Both the position numbers and the translations under genes were made by a program. A DNA stretch of 63,834 nt, the filler included. It is 8 parts of 8 records of this genome, joined end to end, with 100 filler letters (N's around TTAATTAATTAA, not from the genome) between each part and the next. Parts side by side here need not be neighbours in the genome. Positions count along the whole stretch, not along the records: positions 1 to 6,306 come from SRR31156797_41860; positions 6,407 to 19,847 come from SRR31156797_41862; 6 more parts are not named here. One strand, given 5' to 3'. Positions 1-9,843 of this stretch are shown here, piece after piece (position 1 is the first letter of the stretch; each line of letters begins with the position of its first letter). Under the pieces are notes generated by a model. That model was not told the origin of the DNA, did no database searches, and worked only from the letters and a program-made list of their open reading frames with translations.

Positions 1-223
1 GACCAGTGACCGGATTAAAACCATTATGGAAACCCGGGCCTGGTAGGCGGACCGATGTCTGCATTCCTGAATACCGTTTCTGCTGTGACGGGAAGGGCGA
101 ACAAGGGCTTCCCGGGTCGCCCTGACTCGTTTCTATAGCGGATGGACTGCCGTTTCAGCCGTTCCGGCACCCGGCAGTCCCCGCTTTGCTGGATGATACT
201 CTTTTTTGCCCCGTTGTTTCCTG

Positions 224-751
224 TCAGCTTCCTTCCGGATTAAAGGGGCCGGTAATCATCATGGGGCTGGCCTCAATATCCTCGGCAGCCATCATCGTCA
301 CCACCCGTTCAAAGGCGCTTTCAATCATGAGTTGTTCCCAGGATTCCAGGTCTGAAAATTGTTCGGTAAATTTTTCCTGAAGAAGGGGAGGCACCTGGTT
401 CAAAATATCTTCTCCCTTTTCAGTGATAATGATGTTGGTCCGACGTTTATCGCTGGTACTTCTGCTCCTGGTCAAATACCCTTTTTTTTCAAGCCGCTTG
501 GTAATATCTGTAACCGTTGCCTGGCTGAGGCTGACGTTCCTGGACAATTGGGTCACGGATATCTTATGCTGGGCTGAAATTTCCTGAAGTACAATGAGTT
601 GCGGACCTGTGAGTCCAAAATTTTTTCTCAGGCTGCTGGAGTGCCGATCAATCGCCTGGATAATTTTTCGAAGTGCAATCAACAGGTTCCTGCATCGGAT
701 ATCATTGGTGTCTGTCATAATCGCCTTAGGGGTAGTAGGTTCCCTCTTCAT
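224..751 (-). CDS. MarR-family regulator, EctR/CosR-like
   Basis: wHTH pattern LIALRKIIQAID...GLTGPQL...SLSQATVT...DKRR and the C-terminal LESWEQ...MMAAEDIEASP tail typical of EctR/CosR. The start may be the downstream ATG (MTDTN). Confidence 0.88.
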   Translation of the reverse strand: MKREPTTPKAIMTDTNDIRCRNLLIALRKIIQAIDRHSSSLRKNFGLTGPQLIVLQEISAQHKISVTQLSRNVSLSQATVTDITKRLEKKGYLTRSRSTSDKRRTNIIITEKGEDILNQVPPLLQEKFTEQFSDLESWEQLMIESAFERVVTMMAAEDIEASPMMITGPFNPEGS

Positions 752-950
752 TGAAGGTGTCGATAAAATTATAATATTTCAGTGAGGATTAAAAGTTTTT
801 TTTGATGGGGTGTTTTAAATACAGAATTTGGGTCTAAATGCATAGATTCCTATGGTTAAAATTCGGGTGGTGTGCCCAGTGGATGTAGTTAAAAATTCTT
901 TTGCACAGTACTTACGGCTTTATTGCATATTATTTTGATTTTAAATCAGC

Positions 951-979
951 TTGACAAAATACCTAGTGAGCGATACTTT
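951..979 (+). promoter_or_regulatory. Sigma70-type promoter for the ABC operon
   Basis: TTGACA (951-956), 17-nt spacer, TACTTT (974-979). Confidence 0.55.
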
Positions 980-1148
980 TTTGGGGCCATTTTTTTGTTT
1001 GGAATTGTTTCACTTTGACCGTGACGAAAATACCGGCAGATTAAATTGTTAATATCATGCTCCGGGCCGGGCCGGGTCTGAACCGTCATTGTAGGGGTGT
1101 TCAGTCTGCCGATCTGTCCCGGGGTAAAAGGAAACAAAAAATTTTACC

Positions 1149-2108
1149 ATGGGACATCTAAGTCAACTGATTCTCCATCGCTGTCTGGCCAGTCTGGCTA
1201 CTTTGCTTGTAATTTCCATTATCATTTTTATCGGAGTGTCGCTTTTACCGGGAGATGTGGCCCAAACGGTTCTGGGTCAGCAGGCCACCTCTGAAACCGT
1301 AAACGCCTTTAGAAAAGAACTTAAACTGGACCTCCCGCCGATGGTTCGTTACGGGGCATGGCTCAGGGGGGTTGCCCAGGGGGATTTCGGCAGATCCCTG
1401 GCCAACGGGCGGCCCGTGGCAGACCAGATCGGTTGGCGGCTGGGCAATACCTTGTTTCTGGCCCTGTTTACCTCTGCCATTGCTGTACCCTTGTCCATTT
1501 GTCTGGGCATGCTGGCCGCCTTTTACCGAAATACCCTGTTTGACCGGTTTATTTCCATGACCACCCTGTCTTTTATCTCTTTTCCGGAATTTTTCATTGC
1601 CTATATTTTGATCCTTGTTTTCAGCATCCAGCTCAACTGGCTGCCCAGCCTTGCCGCAGTGGATGAACGCATGGGGCTCGGCACCCGGATGTACACGGTA
1701 CTTCTGCCGGCCATGACCCTGACCTGTGTGGTCACGGCACATATGATGCGGCAGACCCGGGCGGCCATCATCAATGTTCTGGCGTCGGCCTATATCGAGA
1801 TGGCCCAGATCAAAGGGATCAAGCGGTTGCGGATCATTGTCCACCATGCTTTTCCCAATTCCCTGTCTCCGGTGATTAACGTGGTGGCATTGAATATGGC
1901 CTACCTCATTGTCGGGGTGGTGATTGTGGAGGTGGTCTTTGTCTACCCGGGATTGGGTCAGCTTCTGGTGGATTCCGTGGCCAAGCGGGACCTGCCTGTT
2001 GTTCAGGCCTCGGGCCTGATTTTTTCCGTGGTCTACATCCTATTGAATCTTGTTGCGGATATATTGTCCATGCTGTCCAATCCGAAACTAAGACAATCCG
2101 GAATTTAA
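1149..2108 (+). CDS. Opp/Dpp/Nik-family ABC transporter permease (DppB-like)
   Basis: LPGDVA N-terminal motif, GDFGRS, EAA-type loop YIEMAQIKG, RDLPVVQ. Confidence 0.93.
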   Translation: MGHLSQLILHRCLASLATLLVISIIIFIGVSLLPGDVAQTVLGQQATSETVNAFRKELKLDLPPMVRYGAWLRGVAQGDFGRSLANGRPVADQIGWRLGNTLFLALFTSAIAVPLSICLGMLAAFYRNTLFDRFISMTTLSFISFPEFFIAYILILVFSIQLNWLPSLAAVDERMGLGTRMYTVLLPAMTLTCVVTAHMMRQTRAAIINVLASAYIEMAQIKGIKRLRIIVHHAFPNSLSPVINVVALNMAYLIVGVVIVEVVFVYPGLGQLLVDSVAKRDLPVVQASGLIFSVVYILLNLVADILSMLSNPKLRQSGI

Positions 2109-2124
2109 AAAGGAGGGTGCACCT

Positions 2125-2940
2125 GTGTTTAAATTGTTAAAGCAATCCCCTTTTTCTGCGCGGATCGGCATGAGTATCGTTGTGCTGAACCTGGCTGTTG
2201 CCGTATTTGCCCCTCTGGTGGCTCCCTATGAAGAGACCCGTGTGGTGGGGGATGTATGGGAGCCTTTTTCATCCGCCTTTTTGCTGGGCACCGACCATAT
2301 CGGCCGGGACCTGCTGTCCCGGATGGTTTACGGGGCAAGAAATACCATTGCCCTGGCCTTCATCATTACGGGCCTTTCTTTTTTCATGGGGGCTTTGATG
2401 GGGTTTGTGGCTGCGGTGAAAAAAGGCTGGGTGGACCAGGGTCTCTCCCGGGTTGTGGATATTATTATGGCCTTTCCAACCCTTATTTTTGCCCTGATGG
2501 TCCTTTCGGTAATGGGATCTTCGGTCCCCACCCTTATTTTTACCATCGCGGTTCTGGACTCCACCCGGGTATTTCGCCTGTCCCGGGCCGTGGCCATGGA
2601 TATTGAGGTACTTGAATTTGTGGAGGCTGCAAGGCTTCGGGGGGAAGGTCTGTGGTGGATTATCCGCCATGAGATCCTGCCCAATGCCATGCCCCCGCTC
2701 ATGGCTGAATTCGGGCTGAGATTCTGTTTTGTATTTTTGTTTATTGCGGCCCTGAGCTTCCTGGGTCTTGGACTTCAGCCACCGCTGGCGGACTGGGGCG
2801 GTATGGTCCGTGAAAATGCCGGGGCCATCAGTTTCGGAATTTTAGTCCCCCTGTTTCCGGCAGCGGCTATTGCTGTTTTGACCGTTGGCGTTAATCTTAT
2901 CGTGGACTGGTTTCTCCATTTATCCAGCGGTCTAAAATAA
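2125..2940 (+). CDS. ABC transporter permease (DppC-like)
   Basis: LGTDHIGRDLLSR, EFVEAARLRGE, LSFLGLG..PP.DWG. Confidence 0.93.
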   Translation: MFKLLKQSPFSARIGMSIVVLNLAVAVFAPLVAPYEETRVVGDVWEPFSSAFLLGTDHIGRDLLSRMVYGARNTIALAFIITGLSFFMGALMGFVAAVKKGWVDQGLSRVVDIIMAFPTLIFALMVLSVMGSSVPTLIFTIAVLDSTRVFRLSRAVAMDIEVLEFVEAARLRGEGLWWIIRHEILPNAMPPLMAEFGLRFCFVFLFIAALSFLGLGLQPPLADWGGMVRENAGAISFGILVPLFPAAAIAVLTVGVNLIVDWFLHLSSGLK

Positions 2941-2950
2941 GGAGTCGGAT

Positions 2951-4564
2951 ATGACCTTATTGAAAATTTCAAACCTGAATATTGAAGGGTTTTATGAAAA
3001 TCGGTGGCAGCCCATTGTCAGAAATCTAAGCCTGGAACTTAAAAGGGGAGAGGTTCTGGGCCTTATCGGTGAATCCGGAGCCGGAAAATCAACCATTGGG
3101 TTGGCGACCATGGGATATACCCGCCAAGGCTGCCGGCTGGCATCGGGATCCATCAATCTGGACGGAATGGAACTCTTGGGTGCAAGTGAAGATGACCTGC
3201 GGCTGATCCGGGGGGCAAAGGTGGCCTATGTGGCCCAGAGTGCGGCGGCTTCCTTTAATCCGTCCCACCGGGTGATTCGCCAGTATGCGGAAGCCCCGGT
3301 TCACCACGGGCTGAAAACCAACAGGGAGGCGGAAAAAGAAGCCGTGGAAATTTATCGCCGCCTGTTTCTGCCCTCGCCGGAGAAAATCGGATACCGGTAT
3401 CCCCATGAGCTGTCCGGAGGGCAGCTTCAGCGGGCTATGGTGGCCATGGCCATGTCCTGTGAACCGGATATTATCGTGTTTGACGAACCCACCACCGCCC
3501 TGGACGTGACCACCCAGATCGAGGTTTTGGCTGCGGTCAAAGAGATCACCAAAAAAATGAACAAGGCCGCCCTTTACATAACCCACGACCTGGCGGTTGT
3601 GGCCCAGGTGGCCCACCGGGTCATGGTCCTTCGCAACGGCAGAATGGTGGAACAGGGTGAAACCCGGCAGCTTATTGGACATCCCAGGGAGAAATATACC
3701 AGGGATTTGCTCAATGTCAGAAATTCTTTGGATAACTGCGGGGCGGATTCATCTTCGGATGTGATTTTGAATATTAAAAATGTGGCGGCCACCTATACAG
3801 GGCGGGACAATGTAATTGAGGACATTGACCTGACCGTTCAACGGGGACAGACCGTGGCCCTGGTCGGGGAATCGGGTTCCGGTAAAAGCACCCTGGCCCG
3901 GGTCATCACAGGCCTACTGCCACGGATCAGGGGGGAAATTTCATTTCTTGGCAAAGCCCTTTCCATTGGATTGCAACAACGGGAACGAGTCGACCTGAGG
4001 CGTCTTCAGATGATTTACCAGATGCCGGATACGGCCCTGAACCCCAGACAAACGGTTCGAAAAGTCATTGGCCGGCCTTTGGAATTTTATTTCGGACTTA
4101 AAGCCAGGGCTGCTGAGCTGCGGATACGGGAATTGCTGGAAAAGATTGAATTGGATCCGGATACCTATATCGACCGTTTGACCACGGAGCTGTCCGGCGG
4201 TGAAAAGCAACGGATCTGTATTGCCAGGGCCCTGGCAGCCGAACCCGAGCTGATCATCTGTGATGAGGTTACCTCCGCCCTGGACCAATTGGTGGCCAAA
4301 GGCATTCTCACCCTGCTGAAGGATCTGCAGAACAAGACCGGTGTCTCTTATCTTTTCATCACCCACGACCTGGCCACGGTCAAGGCCATTGCCGATAAGA
4401 TTGTGATCATGCTCCAAGGAAAAGTCATTGAACAGGGTGAAAAGAAAACCGTGCTGGCGCCTCCCCACCATGCCTACACGGACAAACTTCTGGCCTCGGT
4501 TCCCAAAATGGATCCGGACTGGCTGGATAACTTATTAAACGAACGGGCCGCAACCTATCTTTAA
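2951..4564 (+). CDS. ABC transporter ATP-binding protein with two NBDs
   Basis: Two Walker A motifs (GESGAGKS, GESGSGKS), two LSGG signatures, Walker B DEPT/DEVT. Confidence 0.95.
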   Translation: MTLLKISNLNIEGFYENRWQPIVRNLSLELKRGEVLGLIGESGAGKSTIGLATMGYTRQGCRLASGSINLDGMELLGASEDDLRLIRGAKVAYVAQSAAASFNPSHRVIRQYAEAPVHHGLKTNREAEKEAVEIYRRLFLPSPEKIGYRYPHELSGGQLQRAMVAMAMSCEPDIIVFDEPTTALDVTTQIEVLAAVKEITKKMNKAALYITHDLAVVAQVAHRVMVLRNGRMVEQGETRQLIGHPREKYTRDLLNVRNSLDNCGADSSSDVILNIKNVAATYTGRDNVIEDIDLTVQRGQTVALVGESGSGKSTLARVITGLLPRIRGEISFLGKALSIGLQQRERVDLRRLQMIYQMPDTALNPRQTVRKVIGRPLEFYFGLKARAAELRIRELLEKIELDPDTYIDRLTTELSGGEKQRICIARALAAEPELIICDEVTSALDQLVAKGILTLLKDLQNKTGVSYLFITHDLATVKAIADKIVIMLQGKVIEQGEKKTVLAPPHHAYTDKLLASVPKMDPDWLDNLLNERAATYL

Positions 4565-4589
4565 AAATTATTCTAAAAAGGAAAAAATT

Positions 4590-6191
4590 ATGAAAGACCA
4601 GGGTATGACAGAACCGTTGATATTAGACCAACACCAGGAACCGAAAACCATCACCCGCCGCCAGTTTATTGCGGGTGCATCGGCCATGGGGGTCACTGCC
4701 GCCTTGTCCCCGGCACTTTTGTCAAAGGCGTTTGCCGTCCAGAATCCCCAAAAGGGCGGTCATTTTAAAATGGGCATGGCAGGCGGCAATACCACGGATT
4801 CATTAGATTCGGCAGTGCTCGCCGACCAGGTGGATATCAGCACCAGTTATGCCGTTAGAAACAATCTGGTGGAAGTGGATCACAAGGGCAATGCCGTTCC
4901 TGAACTGGCCGAGTCCTGGGAAGCGTCCAAAGATGCGGCAACCTGGCAGTTTAACCTGAGAAAAGGGGTGGAATTTCATAACGGTAAAAGTCTGGACAGT
5001 GATGATGTGATCTATTCCATACAATATCACATGGGCAAGGATTCCAAATCCGGTGCCAAAGGCCTGGTGAATCAGATTGTTGATATCAAAAAAGACGGCA
5101 GGGACAAGGTTCGGTTCACCCTCAAGACAGGCAATGCCGATTTTCCCTATATTCTTAACGATTACCACCTGGTGATTGTGCCGAGTGGCACCAAGGGGGA
5201 AGAATGGGAAAAGGGAATCGGAACCGGTGGCTATACGCTGGAAAGATGGGAGCCCGGGGTCAAATCCCAGCTCCGGCGGAATCCCAATTATTTTAAGTCG
5301 AACCGGGCCCATTTCGAATCCGTGGAAATTCTGGTCATTGCCGACGTCAATGCCCGGACCAATGCCCTGAGAACCGGGCAGGTGGATTATATGAATCAGG
5401 TAGAGCTTAAAACCGTCCACCTGTTTGAACGGGCGAAAAATATTAACATCATAAAGGTGAACGGGGGATTTCATTTTACCCTGCCCATGCTCATGGATGT
5501 GGCACCCTATGACAACCATGATGTCCGTATGGCCCTCAAGTATGCCATTGACAGAGAAAATCTGGTGAAAAAATTTTTAAGGGGATATGGAACTGTGGGT
5601 AATGACCATCCCATCCATCCCGGCAACCGGTTTCATGCCGCAGATATTCCCCAGAGGACCTATGATCCGGACAAGGCCAAATTCCATCTGAAAAAGGCGG
5701 GCCTGTCCGGCCACAGCTTTGATTTGTCCACCTCTTCTCTCCACAGTTTCATTGATGTGGCCACCCTGTACCAGGAAAGTGCGGCCAGGGCCGGTGTCAA
5801 AATTCGTGTAAAACAAGAGCCCGCCGACGGATACTGGAGCAATGTCTGGCTGAAAAAACCGTTTTGCAACTGCTCCTGGGCGGCCCGACCAACAGCGGAC
5901 ATGATGTTTTCCGTTGCCTATTCCGGGGAGGCCAAATGGAATGATAGCCGGCTTAAGAACAAGCGGTTAGATGAATTGGTGGTTGCGGCCCGGGGAGAAT
6001 TGGACGATGACAAGCGCAGGATCATGTACAAAGAGTGCCAGGAAATTGTCCGTGACCAGGGCGGCACCATTGTCCCCTTCTTTAAGGATTATGTGGAAGC
6101 TTCGAGTAAAAAAGTTGCCCACGGCCCCATATCCGGGTTATGGGAAACCGATGCCCACAAAGCCATTGAACGATGGTGGTTCCAAGGGTAA
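4590..6191 (+). CDS. Family-5 (cluster C) solute-binding protein, Tat-exported
   Basis: Twin-arginine TRRQFI signal, PELAESW, LRKGVEFHNG, IGTGGY. Confidence 0.92.
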   Translation: MKDQGMTEPLILDQHQEPKTITRRQFIAGASAMGVTAALSPALLSKAFAVQNPQKGGHFKMGMAGGNTTDSLDSAVLADQVDISTSYAVRNNLVEVDHKGNAVPELAESWEASKDAATWQFNLRKGVEFHNGKSLDSDDVIYSIQYHMGKDSKSGAKGLVNQIVDIKKDGRDKVRFTLKTGNADFPYILNDYHLVIVPSGTKGEEWEKGIGTGGYTLERWEPGVKSQLRRNPNYFKSNRAHFESVEILVIADVNARTNALRTGQVDYMNQVELKTVHLFERAKNINIIKVNGGFHFTLPMLMDVAPYDNHDVRMALKYAIDRENLVKKFLRGYGTVGNDHPIHPGNRFHAADIPQRTYDPDKAKFHLKKAGLSGHSFDLSTSSLHSFIDVATLYQESAARAGVKIRVKQEPADGYWSNVWLKKPFCNCSWAARPTADMMFSVAYSGEAKWNDSRLKNKRLDELVVAARGELDDDKRRIMYKECQEIVRDQGGTIVPFFKDYVEASSKKVAHGPISGLWETDAHKAIERWWFQG

Positions 6192-6306
6192 TGACCTTCG
6201 GTATTTTCCAACAGAGAATATGATGAGGTTCGGGCAGGGCCGTCAGGGCCTGCCCGGGTATAGGAGAATTAGGATGCAATGGCGCCGGACCTCACCCCTT
6301 TGAGAT

Positions 6307-6406
6307 NNNNNNNNNNNNNNNNNNNNNNNNNNNNNNNNNNNNNNNNNNNNTTAATTAATTAANNNNNNNNNNNNNNNNNNNNNNNNNNNNNNNNNNNNNN
6401 NNNNNN
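6307..6406. other. Artificial contig linker
   Basis: N run, TTAATTAATTAA (stops in six frames), N run. Confidence 0.99.
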
Positions 6407-7162
6407 CCCCTGGACCATGGCGTAACCGACCGCCACGCCGGCGGCTTCGGTGGGGCTGAAGACGCCCGACCACATGCCGCCCAGGATGATGACCGGGGTG
6501 AGCAGAGCCGGGATGACGCTGATGGTTCCTTTCCATACCTCGGCCCAGGTGGGCCTTGGTTCGGATGGATAATCCTTGCGCACGGCGATGAAATAGCTGA
6601 GCACGAGCATGGAAAGCCCCAGCACCAAGCCGGGAACAGCGCCCGCCAAAAACAACTTGCCGATGGATGCTTCTGCCAGGATCCCATACATGACGATAGG
6701 GACACTGGGCGGGATGATCGGGCCGATGGTCGAAGAGGCGGCGGTGACGGCGGCGCTGTAGTCCGCGCCGTATCCTTTTTTCTTCATGGACGGAATAAGG
6801 ATTTGCCCCAAACCGGCCGAATCGGCCACGGCAGATCCGGACATGCCCGCGAAAAGCATTGAAGTAAAGATATTAACGTGGGCCAGGCCGCCTTTAAGCT
6901 GGCCGACAATCATATTGGCGAAATTCATCATCCGTTCCGTTACGCCGCCCTTGTTCATAATCTGGGCGGCCAGGATGAAGAATGGAATGGCAATAACATT
7001 GTAGCTGTCCAGGCTGTTGCCCATCATCTGGGGAACAATCTGGTAGGGAATGGAATCGGCGTAAATCAAAAAAGCCAGGCTGGCGATTCCGACGCCGAAA
7101 GCGATGGGCATGCCCAGGATGAGCATCAAAAACAAGACAAAAAGAAGAATGAAGGTTCCCAA
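6407..7162 (-). CDS. dctM: TRAP transporter large permease (3' truncated)
   Basis: GMPIAF, AIPFF, GMSGSAVAD, IIPPS, SPTEAA. Likely TTG start at 7162 just after the dctQ stop. Confidence 0.93.
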
Positions 7163-7163
7163 T

Positions 7164-7649
7164 TCAAACCTCCCGGCTCGCGGACAGTTTGGAGAAATTT
7201 TCACCGATTACCCGAAGACAAAAAATAAACATCAAGCCGCCGCCAAGGACAATGGGCAATGAAAACACGCTTCTGGGCCAGCGCAGGGCGCCGGTGAGCA
7301 GACGGCTGGTGCGGCCGACCAGTTCTATACCGTGGTAGCTGAGAACAACTAGGAATACCGCGATCAAAATGAATACGATGATGTCGACGACCACCTGAGC
7401 CCTTTCGGGCAGAAGGCCGATTATGGTATCGATGCGCATATGCCTGCGTCGCTGCACCGCGACCGCGCTTCCCAGAAACGTCATCCAGACAAATACGATC
7501 TTGGTCAGTTCCGAACTCCAGCTAAGCGCGTCGTTAAGAACGTATCGGTAAAAAACCTGCACCAGGGTCAGAGCGACAATGAATAGGAACATGACGCTGA
7601 TAACATGTAATAGAGCTTCTTCCAGCCAGGAAAGAATCTTGATCACCAC
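7164..7649 (-). CDS. dctQ: TRAP transporter small permease
   Basis: QVFYRYVLN..WSSEL..W..FLG..HMRID, 4 TM segments. Confidence 0.92.
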   Translation of the reverse strand: MVIKILSWLEEALLHVISVMFLFIVALTLVQVFYRYVLNDALSWSSELTKIVFVWMTFLGSAVAVQRRRHMRIDTIIGLLPERAQVVVDIIVFILIAVFLVVLSYHGIELVGRTSRLLTGALRWPRSVFSLPIVLGGGLMFIFCLRVIGENFSKLSASREV

Positions 7650-7668
7650 TGCCTCCCCAAAAACCGAA

Positions 7669-7700
7669 CCGGCGCACCGGGTCTATTCCCGGGGCGCCGG
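7669..7700 (-). other. GC-rich intercistronic stem-loop between dctP and dctQ
   Basis: CCGGCGC-A-CCGGG / CCCGG-G-GCGCCGG inverted repeat, like the mRNA-stabilising hairpins found after binding-protein genes. Confidence 0.6.
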
Positions 7701-7713
7701 CCGTTACAGTTGT

Positions 7714-8715
7714 TTAGTATTTATAGGCCCAGATTTCTTCCAAAAGACCAGGGGTGCATTTCAGTTTGGGAACAACTTCGTTCAACATTATTTTACGACC
7801 AACTTCATACCAGGGCTTGTTGTCTATTTCGATAAAATTAACGCCCATTGCGGTCATCTTTGTTTTTGCGTCTTCCAAATACTTGGGCTGTAGTTCATTG
7901 TTCAGTTTTTCAGCTTCCTTGACCGCCTCGACCAGTATCTTTTGCTGCTCTTTGGTCAGGGAAGAGAAGAACTGGTCTGAAATGAAGAAACCGGCTGTTT
8001 CATACTGGTGGCGGGTGTAGGTCAGATTCTTGGCCACTTCAACGTAGTTATTGAGCAGAAGCTGAGGCAGTCCGTGCTCAACGCCTTCAACCACGCCCTG
8101 CTGGAGGCCCAAAAAGGTTTCAGTCAAAGGCATGGGCGTGGGATTGGCGCCGAGAGCCTTCCAGGGAATCATCCAGTTGGCCATTTCGGGCACTCGAACT
8201 TTAAGGCCTTTCAGTTCTTCCAGAGTTTTAACGGGTTTTGTTGTAAGCAGATTCCGGGGATTGCGGATAAGGCCCTGGGTCAGCACCCTGACGCCCACGG
8301 CATCCTTCAGACCTTTGGCCAGCTTATCGCCGATGGGGCCGTTCATGACCACCAGGCTGTGTTTCTGATTGTCGTACACAAAGTTCGAAGCCACCAGCCA
8401 GTAATCCGGCAGTGAGGAGCCCCACCAGCCCACGCCGCCCTGGAACATCTGGACCGTGCCCATTTGGAGCTGTTCCATAAGGTTGGGGGCCTTGCCCAAT
8501 TGTCCGGCGGGGTATACCTGGACTTCGATTTCGCCGTTGGTTTTGGCTTTGACGATTTCGGCGAATTTCTGGCAAGCCACGTTGTGGGGGTGAGTAACAG
8601 GGTCGATGTGTCCCAGTCGAATAATCTTGGCTTTGGCGTAAACGCCCGTTGTCAGGGACAGGACCAGCAACAAACATAAGGCAAGGGTGGTAAATAAACG
8701 ATAAAAACGCGGCAC
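7714..8715 (-). CDS. dctP: TRAP substrate-binding protein
   Basis: Signal peptide, VYPAGQLG, LKGLKVRVP (carboxylate-binding Arg), LGANPTPM. Confidence 0.93.
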   Translation of the reverse strand: MPRFYRLFTTLALCLLLVLSLTTGVYAKAKIIRLGHIDPVTHPHNVACQKFAEIVKAKTNGEIEVQVYPAGQLGKAPNLMEQLQMGTVQMFQGGVGWWGSSLPDYWLVASNFVYDNQKHSLVVMNGPIGDKLAKGLKDAVGVRVLTQGLIRNPRNLLTTKPVKTLEELKGLKVRVPEMANWMIPWKALGANPTPMPLTETFLGLQQGVVEGVEHGLPQLLLNNYVEVAKNLTYTRHQYETAGFFISDQFFSSLTKEQQKILVEAVKEAEKLNNELQPKYLEDAKTKMTAMGVNFIEIDNKPWYEVGRKIMLNEVVPKLKCTPGLLEEIWAYKY

Positions 8716-8751
8716 TTCAATCCTCCTTGTTTATGGGTCGGGAGGTGCGAC

Positions 8752-9762
8752 CTAGTTTTTGAAGGGTGCGCATGACTCCCTGACCATGAGTTTCGTTTCA
8801 AAGCAATGGTGATGAACGCCGCCTCCCTGCCTCCATATATCAACAATGACGTCCACGGCTTTTTCACCGATTTCAAAAGCCGGGACGCTGACGGAGGTAA
8901 GGGGCGGATGGCTGTATGCGGCAAAAGGAACATCGTCGAGCCCGGCGATGCTGACGTCGCCCGGGATTGAATACCCCTGTTTGTGGGCTTCGCTCAGGGC
9001 GCCCAGGGCGAGCACGTCGGCTCCTCCCAGGACGGCGCTCGGCGGGTTGGGCCTGGACATTATTCTCCGAAACCCGGCTTCCCCTTCCGCCAGGGAAGGG
9101 ACGGCTTCGTAAACCAGGGCCGGGTCGTAACTTATGCCGTGTTCGTCCAACACTGAACGGTATCCGTTCAACCGGCGCTGGGCGCGTTCACTTTTTGAAT
9201 ACGGGCCGCAGATCAGGCCGATCCGCTTGTGGCCCAGGCTGATGACATACCGGGTCAGATCGTAAAAAGCCCGGTAATTATCGAACCCGATATAACTCAG
9301 GGTCCGGTCATTATTAATTTCCCAGATTACAACGCAGGGTATGCCCGATTCTGCTATTTCCATGACCAGGGGTTCGTTGGACATGGAAAACCCTGTAAGA
9401 ATCAGGCCTGTCGGCTGCTGGCCCACAAAGCGCTCCAAAAGGGCGCGCTCCGTGGCGGCGTCGTAGTTGGTCGATCCCATGGATACGGTCAGTGAATGCC
9501 GGAAAGATGCTTCCTGTATGCCCAGGAGCGTATCCGAGAAAGCCCCGGTCAGGGTCGTCGGTAGAAGAACGCAGACGGCATCAGGCACTTTTTCGGCCGT
9601 GACCGGGATGGTATAGTTGTATCCCAACTCCCGGATCGCGGTTTGAATGCTTTTGAGCGTTTCCGGTTTAAGAAGGTTTGGCTGTCGCAAAGCCCTGGAA
9701 ACCGTGGCCACGGATACACCCACCCGCTTGGCCACTGCCTGCATGGTGACTTTAGAATGCAC
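8752..9762 (-). CDS. LacI-family transcriptional regulator
   Basis: TMQAVAKRVGVSVATVSRAL HTH, periplasmic-binding-fold effector domain, PPLTSV...RES. Confidence 0.94.
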   Translation of the reverse strand: MHSKVTMQAVAKRVGVSVATVSRALRQPNLLKPETLKSIQTAIRELGYNYTIPVTAEKVPDAVCVLLPTTLTGAFSDTLLGIQEASFRHSLTVSMGSTNYDAATERALLERFVGQQPTGLILTGFSMSNEPLVMEIAESGIPCVVIWEINNDRTLSYIGFDNYRAFYDLTRYVISLGHKRIGLICGPYSKSERAQRRLNGYRSVLDEHGISYDPALVYEAVPSLAEGEAGFRRIMSRPNPPSAVLGGADVLALGALSEAHKQGYSIPGDVSIAGLDDVPFAAYSHPPLTSVSVPAFEIGEKAVDVIVDIWRQGGGVHHHCFETKLMVRESCAPFKN

Positions 9763-9843
9763 TGGTCATACCCCCTCGGGAATTTTAACCAAGCCTAACA
9801 CAACCTTCGCCTTCCTCAAAACACATCACGCTTTCGTATTAAT

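Noticed and set aside
6351-6362. Repeated TTAATTAATTAA palindrome (seven copies)
   Set aside because: Always embedded in N runs; it is a synthetic six-frame-stop linker. ORFs running into it are truncated artefacts.
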